Origin: Albugo candida
Taxonomy: Eukaryota
DNA: 64,000 nt
Reading direction: 5' to 3'
Assembly (NCBI GenBank): GCA_040437565.1
Contig: JBDOQK010000045.1
Span: 124,001 to 188,000, forward strand
In this document: one piece after another, positions 1 to 11,205 of the stretch
Layout of the letters: each line of letters starts with the position of its first letter
How positions within the stretch are numbered: position 1 is the first letter of the stretch
Made by a program: the position numbers and the translations under genes
Notes under the pieces: generated by a model
What the model was told of the DNA's origin: nothing
The model's database searches: none
What the model saw: only the letters and a program-made list of their open reading frames with translations

Positions 1-171
1 GTTGAAGCTGTCTATATTACTAGATTTAGACGTAAATGACATCTCTAATGCCTAAACTATAATAAATAAACAAAATGAAATGCAATGTTGGTCTAAAAAG
101 CCTCAGCGAGGCTCAGCGACTGGAATAAGATAGTACTAAGTAAGAAAAGAGAAATGCCACGCATCACCGAC

Positions 172-3100
172 TCAGCATCGTTGACGGCGTCGAACTTGAA
201 GCAGGTTGGGCCGAGTAGAGAAATACCTCCTGACTGAACCAGTATGTTGATAAGACGCTAATACCTGTGTCAACTGCTCGAGCTGCTCCATATCATAGAA
301 CTGCCGTTGAAAATGGCGGATACGGGTACTCAGTGTGCTATAAGTCACCTGAAACAGCTGGCGCAGTTGGCGTCGATGTGCCGTGGGCGAAAAGTGCACG
401 ATTCCGATCCGTCCAAATAAAATCAATCGCGACGGCGACTAATGTAAACCAAAGTCCTCCAGCACCACTCGAAAAGGTTTCCACGCATCACGAAGTGCGA
501 GAATCCATGCACACGCGATATATAACCATCTCGGGCGAACAGAAAAGAAGATTCTCCACGACGCAAAGAGCTCATCCCAAATTGGACTTGTCCTGTTTCA
601 ATCGAAAAACAAATGCTGGTAGCTTTCGACTGCACCACAATGCTTCTGAGTGCACAGGATGATTTCTGGATGTGATTGTTGTAAAAACCAAAATCGTGCT
701 CGAACTGGTAAGATACAGAAGGATAGTCGGAACTGGACATCCGAATAGATCGGTAGCAAACGTCTCCGAAGAAGTTTGAAATAACTTGTAAGAATCTTTC
801 ACCCAAGTTGACGTCCCGCTTCGATCACGTTCGATCACGCGAAGCAACAGTGTGTGTGGTTTATCCGATTGCAATGCCTTGCCAACGACTTGTTAAAGGT
901 GATTCCGAGGTATCATCGGAAAAAAAAACCTTCTTGTCCGAGAGTTGAATGCCAAGATGAACCGGATAAGCGTGTGCCATTTCCCTTCCGGGACAGCGTA
1001 ATATGCCAGCAGGTTGAGCTCGTCGCAGGATTTGCCTTGCTTCGACCTACAACCGGCGTAAGGACTTTGATTGAGACTGATCGGACGGCTGCCCTTCCTC
1101 CCTTGTACTAAAACGCAGAATGAATTCGAGAGCAGAGTCAAACCAGTCCGTTATTCCACCAAACAAGTCATGTAAAGACCGTATTTGAAACGCTTGTGCG
1201 AAGCGCATCCGAAAACTACGCGCTGGTTCAGGCACCATTCCCAGACATCGACGATGAGCAGAGACACTCGTTGACCGTCGTCTCTTCTCAAAATGCAGAT
1301 GAGGGTCGATATGAAACCATATGAGAGCATCCATCATCGTGAGAAATCGCTCCTGTTGTGATAGAGCTTTGTCAGTAAGATCCCAATGACTTTGGTGGAA
1401 CCAAATACATGTCTGTTTCCACCAAGGTGACGCTATATTCCAATGCGCCATGGTCCTATGCTGACGTGGCGATATCGTGAGGATATCGAGTGATCGATAT
1501 GGCCCAAAATCGGGCAAATTGCATCGTGTGATCTCCATTCCAGGAAGTGTCCAGTTGCTGGGTAAAGCTGTACTGGAATGAAGTAAAAATTGCTGTAAAA
1601 ACTGAAAGCGTTGTTTCTTCAGTTGTGTTGAGATGATCGGAACCTGATAGCCATCCTATGAATGAGGTAGGTATAACAAGTCCGACTTGATCAGTTGAAC
1701 GTTTGTTGAATCGCGCTCATACTTCCGACTCAAAACGAATCGATTGAGCATGGATTGCCAGCGTCGAACGAAATGTTACGGGATGTTGAAATGAGTTGTA
1801 AGATGCCATAAACGTGATAACACCATAGTTTGTGCCACCAGTAATCTTCCACGAGCTGTTCTGGCTCGACGAAACTACTGACGAAATCCACCAGAGAAAC
1901 GATCTTCTAAGAATTCGATCATCAAATCACCAACGGGTGATTGACTGAATGGAACTCCCGAATATTTCACCGACGCGCTGGGTGAGAGTAATTTCACATG
2001 TGCAAAATGTTTGACCTACTTGGTGTCGATTCAGTGGAAGCAAAGTGGACTTGGACAAGTTAAGATTTGCTCCTGAACCATCGCAATACTTCTGAACGAT
2101 CTCGAGCTGCGCCTCTACTCCACTGAGCGAAGACTATAATAATGACGAGTCGTCCGCAAAAAAAAATCGTTGCTATAGTCGTTGAAGTGATGCGTATTCC
2201 TGGTCCTTCACTCCTCCGCAACGAATTTCGCAAAGGCTCAATCGTCATGAGAAAGAGCAAAGTGGACAGTGGATCACCCTGTTTAACACCCCTCGACGGA
2301 GTGGTTTTTGGCGAAAGCGTTCCATTCAGCAACAACGATACAGTCGTGTTGGTGTAAAGAAGCTTTGTCCACTGGATGAACGTATTTCCACAATTCATTT
2401 TCGATAAAACCACAGACATGCACGACCAATCCACTCGATCGTACGCTTTCTCAAAACCGAGAAATGTTGCGTATGCTTCTTTATCACGGTGAGTGACTAG
2501 ATCCTGCAGATCACTCATATATCGAATGTGATGATGGATGGAACGTCCTCGAAAAAATGCTTTTTGATCCTCGTGGATCAGTTTCGGAAGCACCTGCTGA
2601 AGTCGGTACGCAAGACCTTCGACAGCACTTTCACATCCACGCATATCAGGGCAATAGGACGATAGTTGCCAGGATCAGCACGGGATCTTTTTTTGTATAG
2701 CAACGTGATTGCTGAACTACGTTGGGAACGCAGCAAAGAGCCTCGACGAAGTTGGTGTTTTAAGACAATTTGCAAACATTCACCAAAAACACTCGGAGCG
2801 AGTTGGTAGAATGCTGCCGGCAATCCATCCATTCCAGGTGACGAGTGTCCGCGCATACTTTTTATTGCTTCTTTCATCTCCACTTTGGACAAAAAGGATT
2901 CGTCAGCGCTAGGTAATGTTTCTGTGATAGAGTGAACCAATGTGTGTTGTTGTATCGCACATGGACGCAAAGGAAGTCCAGCTGAATTTTGTTGATCTCC
3001 CAGGATACCCCAGTGATCTGTGAGCTGAAGAGTGATATCAATAGGATTCTTAGACCCTTGTCCATTAGGAAGTAGAACTTCTTCTAAGGGTACACGATGA

Positions 3101-4260
3101 CATGTTGAGTCCACTGGTCGAAAGAAATGGCGAGTTGATTTCTCCATGTTCGATTACCACATGAAGAACATGGAGTCTTGATTATACTTGGATAAATTCC
3201 TGACCCTGTCATGATAAGAGGGAAGAGCGTCGTCGTAAACTATTTTGCTTGTTCTTGATTTGATTGTCCAAAAGATGCTGCAGCTTCGTCCAACTCAGCA
3301 CGATCGCGGGTGACATCCAAATCTTCCTGGCGACGAATATTCTGCTGAACTTGCTGTAATAACTTTATTTGTCTGCTTCTTCCAATTCTCCCAGTCTGTT
3401 CCAGGATGAGAGGAAACACGAAGCTTTGCTAAGATACGATCCGTCTCCTCCTCGATCGCTTCTTTGATTACTTGATAGTCGAATAATGATAAAGGAAATT
3501 TCCAAGAACCACGACCTTGGAGTTTGGATGGATTTGCGAACTTGACAACATGAGCCAGATGATCACCCGTGTGTGGGAGTGAAAAGTAACTGGACTCCTT
3601 GTAAATTGATTGGAGAAGAGGTTCGACAAAAGGATGTAATCCAGCCGGTTTATTCTGGGTTAGGGGCCAGTAAAGATACGTGCTTCAGGATGATGTTGAC
3701 GCCAAGCACCCAGAACACCCAAGTTGGAAAGACATTCCAAACATGAGAGGCGACTTATCTCGTGCCTATATACACCACTGGAGCACTCCAAACTGGGATA
3801 TAAGATTGTGTTGAAATCGCCACAGACGATGTGCGGTGCTTTGTGTTCAAAAGATTCCGGTGGAACTTGATCGAAAAATGTTTTGCGTTCCGAATTCACC
3901 GGAGCATAAACTTTATGGATGTACAGTGGAGCTCCAAGTATCGCCAAACGTACAACCAAATATCGGTCGGGTACGGAGACAGTGGTAAGAGCTTGCGCAG
4001 AAGGGGGAAAATAGTGACGAAGAATTGTCATAACTCCGTTTACTCGTTCCCGAAAGGGAGTAGACTGAAGACTATTCGAGTCACTGAAAAAAAGATGATG
4101 TCGGAATGTGGAAGCCAAGTGAAACTGAAAAGTATCCAGGTGGTGACGGTCGCGAAAATGAGTTTCTTGTACGCAACAAATAGCGTATTTTGATCGTGTG
4201 TGTTGTATCAATAGATGACCATTCTTTTGATTCCGTTTGTATTAACGGAAAGAATGGTTT
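172..4260 (-). pseudogene. LINE ORF2 (endonuclease/reverse transcriptase), disrupted
   Basis: ORF-track fragments 3660-4211, 2578-3147 and 2060-2644 carry canonical APE and RT motifs in different frames. Confidence 0.92.
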
Positions 4261-4295
4261 TATTGGTCCACGAAAGAATTTCCGTTGAGCTACCC

Positions 4296-6850
4296 TTAGT
4301 ATTGAAATGAAAGGGGTCCAACGACGAGTTTTTTAACTCCGTCTTCCTCCTTCAGCTGTAGTATGGAAGCTTCGTCGGTAAGAAGAACGGTCGACGACTG
4401 TAACTGCACCAAGTCATCGAACATTGGACTCTCCGATTTTGCGTCAAACCACTTGCTGAGACAAAGTGTGCCCAGCGGTAAACGAAAAATGGGCAACAAC
4501 ACATTCGTGTGAAGCAGACGACAGTGGTGAGTTGAAGATCCACAACACAGGCTGACGAGTAACGTACTGGATCCAGTGGTCGCTATGATATAATGTTGAT
4601 GCCGTGCAGATCAACATTAGCTAGAAGAACGAGAGTGAGTATGTTGCTCCTGTCAATGCTTCCAATTCCACTGATGTAGTCGACCAATTGTCCACCGTTT
4701 CGAGCATATTCTTTAAGAAAGGCGGAAACGGAACTACTGACTTGCTTCGACCATTTTTTTGCTGAACGTGGTATCCGAGTTCGGCTCGGATGCTGCAAGT
4801 ATACGATTTATGGTGTGTATTCGCACCACTTGCTCCAAGCATGGGTCATTCGACCTCATGCTACGATTTAGCACTCCATGCAGTGCAATCGGATGGTCCA
4901 TGGCAAAGTGAAGAAGCTGTCTCCGCTGGAGGTATGTTTTCTTGCTTTGGCCACATGAACATCCTCTTTCAATAAAGTATCCGGTCGAGGGGGAGTTTGT
5001 GCTATTTTCAAATCTTGGATCAGGAAATCCACCACCTCTGACTCTCGAGTAGGACGATCGTGCTTTTCNNNNNNNNNNNNNNNNNNNNNNNNNNNNNNNN
5101 NNNNNNNNNNNNNNNNNNNNNNNNNNNNNNNNNNNNNNNNNNNNNNNNNNNNNNNNNNNNNNNNNNNNATCCGGGTGTGGTTTTTCTTCATGAAACAAGA
5201 AGCTTCTTTGGAATTATCCAGATCATTCTTAAGCGCAAGCTTGGATGGTACAATCTGGTACCTCTTTCCAAAGTCGGCTTTTGTTGTTACGTCGATTTTC
5301 ACAAAATCCACGTCGACCGAGCCAAGCACATAGAAGTAATTGCTTGTAGCAAAACCTTCCAACGATTTTGGAGGGGCATTGCTCAGTAAACTCTGAAAGC
5401 GATCGATCAAAAAGCGATTGCGCTTGTTGCGTTTTCGAACTGGAGTCCACGTATCTTCAGTATACCATGACGATGCTATTTCTGCAACTTTTTGTTCATT
5501 GTCGTTGACATCCGGAATAGCAGCAGGTATATTCTGTTGGTATGGGTCCGAGTTGGGTACTTCGGGAACGTTTCCATCAGCAACGTTGGCGAACAGAAAA
5601 GACTGTACGAGCTGGAAGCTTGTTTGTGGGACTTTGTTGAGACTCTTCAGGCATGTTTACGTTGATTCTGTCTGGTTTTTGTGTCGGTTGTGATTTCACG
5701 GGCTGACTTTTAGCCGATGAAGCCGATTTTTTTTATTGCCGATTCGGTTGAGGAGTGTTCACCGGCAGCAGTAAGCAGTGCGGACTGCGCTGACCCATTC
5801 TCAACCGATCAATCGGGAGTGGAGAAGCTTTTCCTCGAGCCAAGTAGTATCTCCCCTCGATACATATTTGCTCACACACTTTGCCGCAAACATCGAGCTG
5901 CTCAGGACAGCTTGTACCGCAAAAATACACTCTCCAAGTCGACATGGAAAGTCTTCTGGAAGCCACGGCTTCGCGAAAATTCTAATACAGAACATCGCAA
6001 CCAAGACGATGCAATGCTGACGCAAGTTTAGAGTGGACATTTCCGGTCCAATTCCGAAAATATCCAAAAAAAATCGTGAACCGAGAATATGAAATTCTTG
6101 GAAGGAGTAGCTGTTACCGAGAATCGTAACTTATTTATTGGCCAATTTCTGACAGACTTCCTCTTCGGTAACAAGTAGTCTCAAATCACCACCAGGTAAT
6201 TTTGCCAATTGACCAATTTTTCCAGCTTATAAAAGCTCGTCGACTATCACATTACCATGATCTTGAACTAAAGATTGCAAAATGTGCGCTGGTGGGGTTC
6301 GAACCAGCGCTTGTCCAGTCTCCAACACAACCGAAAATTTGGCGTTCGGTAATGCGAAAGGTTTGGCTGCACTTAAGTGAGCAGACAAAACCTTCCAACT
6401 TGGACGACCCTCTCCGAACAGCTTCTCAATAGCGCGTAGATCCGACGCTAAAGGCTTGTGCATTTCAACCTTTCAGGTTGCTTTCTTAGCCGCTTTATTT
6501 TCGCGGAATTCCTCATGACCCTTCAGGATATCGGCGAAACTTGGCCGATTACCGGTTTTCTTTCTTTGCTCAGCCGATTTCCCAGGTGCTGACGGCAGCG
6601 CGTCATCCACCTCCATTGCGACCGGCTGATTGGCAGGAATTGGAATGGGAGAGAGAGGTGTCTCAATCTCCATATCGACCTCTGATCGGCCAATTACCAC
6701 GTAAGCCGGTAAAGGGTTGGACGGTATAGGTGAAGACGTGGGCGCATCCGTTGCAGGTAACGGGTCTTTAACGGACGAGTAACGAGGAGACAAGTTGCCC
6801 ACATCCGGTGAGGTGATGGTAGATAGGCTTGAGATGTCGATAGAAACCAT
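4296..6850 (-). pseudogene. LINE ORF1 (gag-like), disrupted and spanning a gap
   Basis: Lies directly upstream of ORF2. Pro/Ser-rich N-terminus ending in RPSFADILKG; degenerate Cys/His knuckle-like residues near 5750-5800. Confidence 0.7.
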
Positions 6851-6927
6851 TATCTTCGACAGGGTAGAAAGTTAGTTGTATTTATTTTGGCAGGTACGTA
6901 GTAGCTGGCAAATAGAGAAGTATTTAC

Positions 6928-7489
6928 GGAGCCTTAGTATTCACTCACTCTCTTGATAGCATTCACTCAACCCCTAGTTCATTGGCTAAAATTCAACAAA
7001 TTGACATTAGACGGAAATCAGTATATACTCACTTGTAACAAATCACTTGTAACAACTACTACCACTCAACTCAATACCACTCAGTTCACTCAGTTGGAAA
7101 AAAGCTTCAGATTCTTAGCTTTCTAGATCAATCAGCCAATCTCTGATAATCGCGGATACTCATAGAGAAAAATTTAAAGTTGTTATTTTTTAATATTAAA
7201 CAGCTTTATTTTCATTAATTTTAGAATGTTGTGTATATAATGCAAAATGTTTACGTCCTAAATAGAAGCCACGTTTGGTAATGTACATATTAAAGCAGGT
7301 TTCATGGCGTATGTGCTGAGTGTATATGGTTAATAAGTCGACTTCTATTTCATAGTGTGTTTGTGCCGAGGTGAAGTTGAAAATTAAGTCACCGCGCGTG
7401 ATGAGTGATGAATTTAAGCCAATAAATTAGTGATGAGAGATGCAGTTTAGTTAATGAATTAGGGGGATGAGTGAACACCAAAGGCTCCC
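6928..7489. mobile_element. MITE with imperfect TIRs (GGAGCCTT..TTCACTCA)
   Basis: Left end ggagccttagtattcactca...cccctagttcattggctaaa matches the reverse complement of the right end, ggagcctttggtgttcactcatccccctaattcattaactaaa. No clean TSD. Confidence 0.7.
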
Positions 7490-7599
7490 TTTATTTATTC
7501 TGTTATTTTTATATAAACCAATCAGAAGCCACGCTTTTCATTAATACACGGAGGCTGGGGGCTGATTGAAGAAAAGCTGGGGGATGAATCAAGATTCCC
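7490..7599. mobile_element. Orphan right TIR of the same MULE-MITE type as 45916-46763
   Basis: aaaccaatcagaagccac...ggaggctgggggctgattgaagaaaagctgggggatgaatcaagattccc resembles the right TIR at 46680-46763. No left partner is visible in the window. Confidence 0.6.
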
Positions 7600-7624
7600 A
7601 TAGATAATTATGAACTATAATAAA

Positions 7625-8679
7625 GGGTATTGATATCCAGAAACCTTTTTTGATATCCCGACAACTTCTTTTCTTAATTACATCATGCCTACTAAGATTA
7701 ATACTCGCACAATTTTTTTGGGACGATAATTTATGGGTATTAATATCCCGAAAACTTCTGTTTTAAATTACATTTATTTTTAATTTGGATTACGTCATGC
7801 CTACTTAAATTACTACTCCCCCAGCTTTTTTGAAAATTAAATAAGTTAAGATTTATAACTAGTAGAAGTCATTTACGTCTCAGGCTCAATCTAGTATATA
7901 CAGATACCTTTAACTGAACTAAACACTCATCACTAATAGACAATTCATTGCCAGTTTGTTGAGCTATAATTCGTGGTAAAGATGCAAAAGTTATTATATA
8001 CTAAAGGCCGAAAATAAAGTGTGCTAAGAAAAAACTCTGTGAAGGAAAAATATCTAATTTCTTACTACAGCTTGTCCTGAAACTAAACTTGTAACCGGAA
8101 TTCTCCAAGACCGCTTGTTATATAGGGGTCCGTACCCAGCTCAGTCGGTTGAGCACATGAGCGCACGGACCCCCTGCCGGAGGTCGTTAGTTCGATCCCT
8201 GGCAGTGTGGGCAGCGGTTTGAGCCCACTCAAGCAATAAGCTTGAGAAATATCTGCCTCTCTAGGTTTGAAGTCAGACTTAAGTGATATTCACACGGTCA
8301 GGGGCTCATGATAGGATAAGGAAGGTAGTTAAAGAACCAGATAAACAGTGTTATGAAATCCTTGACAAAGACCGCTTGTTATGGCCGATTTTCCGCAATT
8401 GCTGCACCTGCATTTCCCTGTTTCCGATGCTCAAATGCTATGAGTCAAATGGAAATTGTCACATACAATAGCCTATCACAGTTGGAACGTTCTGTGTGTT
8501 AGCCAATCATGATTAATTCTCGATTGAAGTTGTTGGAGCACCAATTTAGGGTGTGTATGAATGTAGTTAGTTCGAAGTAGAATTTTTTTAATGTATTTTG
8601 CAAAAAAAAAGCTTTGAGGAGTAATAATTCAACCAGGCATGTTGTCATTTGAAAAAAAGTTGTCGGGATATCAATACCC
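7625..8679. mobile_element. MITE with GGGTATTGATATCC TIRs and perfect 8-bp TSD, containing nested insertions
   Basis: Left gggtattgatatcc starts at 7625, with a subterminal copy at ~7736; right ...ggatatcaataccc ends at 8679. TSD ATAATAAA at 7617-7624 and 8680-8687. Confidence 0.85.
8122..8367 (+). mobile_element. tRNA-derived SINE, complete copy with TSD
   Basis: A-box/D-arm cagctcagtcgg (8137-8148) and B-box gttcgatcc (8190-8198). Flanking direct repeat aagaccgcttgttat at 8107-8121 and 8368-8382. The 3' half recurs at 39289-39400. Confidence 0.88.
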
Positions 8680-11205
8680 ATAATAAATAGTCTTGGTCAT
8701 TTCTTGTGCGTCGAATTGCAACTGATCGCAGGGTGTCACTTGCGACTCCATTTGCATGCCTATGATAGTGGAAGTAGTTTGGTATACTATTCAGATTTAA
8801 GAGCATGAAGATTTAAATTTGGGTTCACTGGATCGAAGCTAGTGTTTCTGGTTATTGTAATCCTTTTGCTCACGTGTTCGCTTCATTTGTCTCTTTTGGT
8901 CTCTACTGCTGGCAACTATTTCTATATATCTATATGTAACGCTCGTATTTCTGCACATTGAATCAATGAACATAGAGAAATAAGTTTGAAGAAAATCACT
9001 TTGCCATACACTCGAGCTGAATGAGAAAGAGCATTTATAAGCGATTTAGCTGAGAATTCAATCCACCAAAGTAGCCTAAGTAAAGACCGCTTCCACTGTT
9101 CTAGAACATTTAAGTACAATTTGTTTCGTGTCCATGCTGATGCACTTTTTCGAATGTCTAATTATTCTTTGTAGTAGTCATTGGTTCAATTACCGGATAT
9201 ACATTTGGTTATATTTCGAAAGGACATTTCTGAGCGGATGGCGTTCTCTGTTTCATATATTGGGGTTGAGATGAGTCGATAAACTAAATTGGTCAAAATT
9301 ACTACAAAGCCAGCATAAGGCCACACGTGCTCTTGTCAGACGAGAAGACAATTTAGTTACTGACCTATGAATCACACTAAGAGGGTTTACCCACTTCTTG
9401 TATTAGGTACAGTTTGGTAGAAATTTCCAGCTATAAGTCCACATACGAAATATGGAATTGAACGAGTTACTGAAGATTTCGCTTATTAGTCGAGCGGTTG
9501 CGAGATCTCGTAGATCAAAACAGTGGTCAGTTTGTGACAACAGATTTTTTTTCATAAGAAGAAATAGTTGGACAACGGGATCACATCAATCGATCAAGCT
9601 GTATGTCACAACCGACACAGTAAGCTAAGCTGTTGATATTGATTAAACTCGTTTTTGTCAATATACCTACAACGTAAGCTTATATCTTTATACAAAAAAA
9701 TGACTTGTCAGTATAAAGTATACTCACCATTGTCGCAATTATTTCTTTCTTGCTATTTTTAAATCTTTATATAAGAATCAAATTTTCTTTGAAGGAATTG
9801 GATCGCACTCAGACAGGATAATGTCTCCAAGGATCACACGCTTCACATCCGTAATTTTTTTCGTATGTAAAATTTCAGCTTTTCAGCGTCATCGTGATAC
9901 ACATACGCTACACGATTATGCGCTGCGTATTTGAGCTTCTGGCTACCCATTTGCATAATAAACTGACCCACTCTAAGCAACTAATCTATCTTTTTGCATC
10001 TTTTGCGGAAGTATTCGCTGCTTGCCAATCCTTATCTAGGTTATAGCATCGACCTAGCGCTGATTCTTCGATGCAACGATCAAATACTATCAATATATCG
10101 ATTGCGGTGGTACATAGAAATGATTGAATTAAAGTAAATAAAATACAACTTATGATTCCCGTGTGTCTCAAGTATAACAGCCTCAAATAAGCCTTTCAAG
10201 AAAGATTTTCGAATGAGATTGCGTCGAATAGGCCAGAAAAAACCGCTGATCAACAAGCTTCATATATGCTCACCATCATGGAGATGCCGCAAATATTGAC
10301 TCAGTAGTAACACTAGCCAGAGCACTACCCTTAGGACTTCATCTTTTCTTGATCGTTTTCTGTCCGAAGGCAAGGTTCAAACGCTTTTCTGACGTATTCA
10401 TTACGCTGCGGGTTGGACCGAGAAATGACGTCGAGGAAATAAGTGTCGATCCAATCAATACCTTGATATGATGCTATTCACTTGATTAGACATTTTTGGG
10501 AAAGTGGCTGAGAAAACATTTTTCCGGCATGTTCTACAAATAGATTATCCAATAGATAAGGATGATGATGATACACTGCATATCACCTATAAGCTGTAAC
10601 ATTCACGGGCCTTATTGACTTCACTACGCTGCACACATAAACTATCGCGCAACAAAAATAGCAATTTTATCTGATAGATATAGTCTAGAGCTTCACAACG
10701 CAAGGCTCATATTTCAAATTGGATGCTTTTTGATTGAATTATAAGGCTCTGAAAGGTGCATTGTTTTTCTGGGTGGATTCTTCCTGTGTATTCCCTTTGG
10801 GCCGACATCAGTGGGCACTTTCGTGATAAGTGTAATGTCTGATTTGGGTTGACTATCGCCGCAAACGTTTTGACTAATGCCACAGACAAAATACACTTAA
10901 TTGGCTAATTTGTGTAGCGTTGATATGATTGGTCGATGAGGTAGCTATATTACTGCTTCAACGTAACGTATAGGGTGTGACTATTGTCACAGACCTTTTG
11001 ACTAATGCCACAGACAGAACATCTCTGGTTGGCTAATTTGTGTAATCTAATATAAATTGATCGATATATTACTGCGTCTACGTAAGATAGATACATAGTA
11101 CCATACACCTTTCCACCTTTCCACCTTTCGCATTTCCTCGCTTCCCTACCTACCACGCAGCAACATACAACGAGTTGCGCAATAATAACGACTTTCAAGA
11201 AAATA

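Larger units (their letters stand above)
1..6900 (-). mobile_element. Decayed near-full-length L1/Tx1-type LINE (ORF1 + APE endonuclease-RT ORF2); 3' end runs off the window start
   Basis: Minus-strand fragments in the expected order: ORF1-like (6850 to ~4300); APE endonuclease (CVQETH, VYAP, IVCGDFN; 4211-3660); RT (SSPGMDGLP, NYRPIAL, FEKAYDRVDW, RGVKQGDPLS; 3147-2060); C-terminal region to ~170. Many stops and frameshifts. Confidence 0.93.

Noticed and set aside
8125..8205. Functional tRNA gene or HDV-like ribozyme
   Set aside because: No acceptor stem or anticodon arm in cloverleaf geometry and no HDV nested pseudoknot; the TSD and second copy indicate a SINE.
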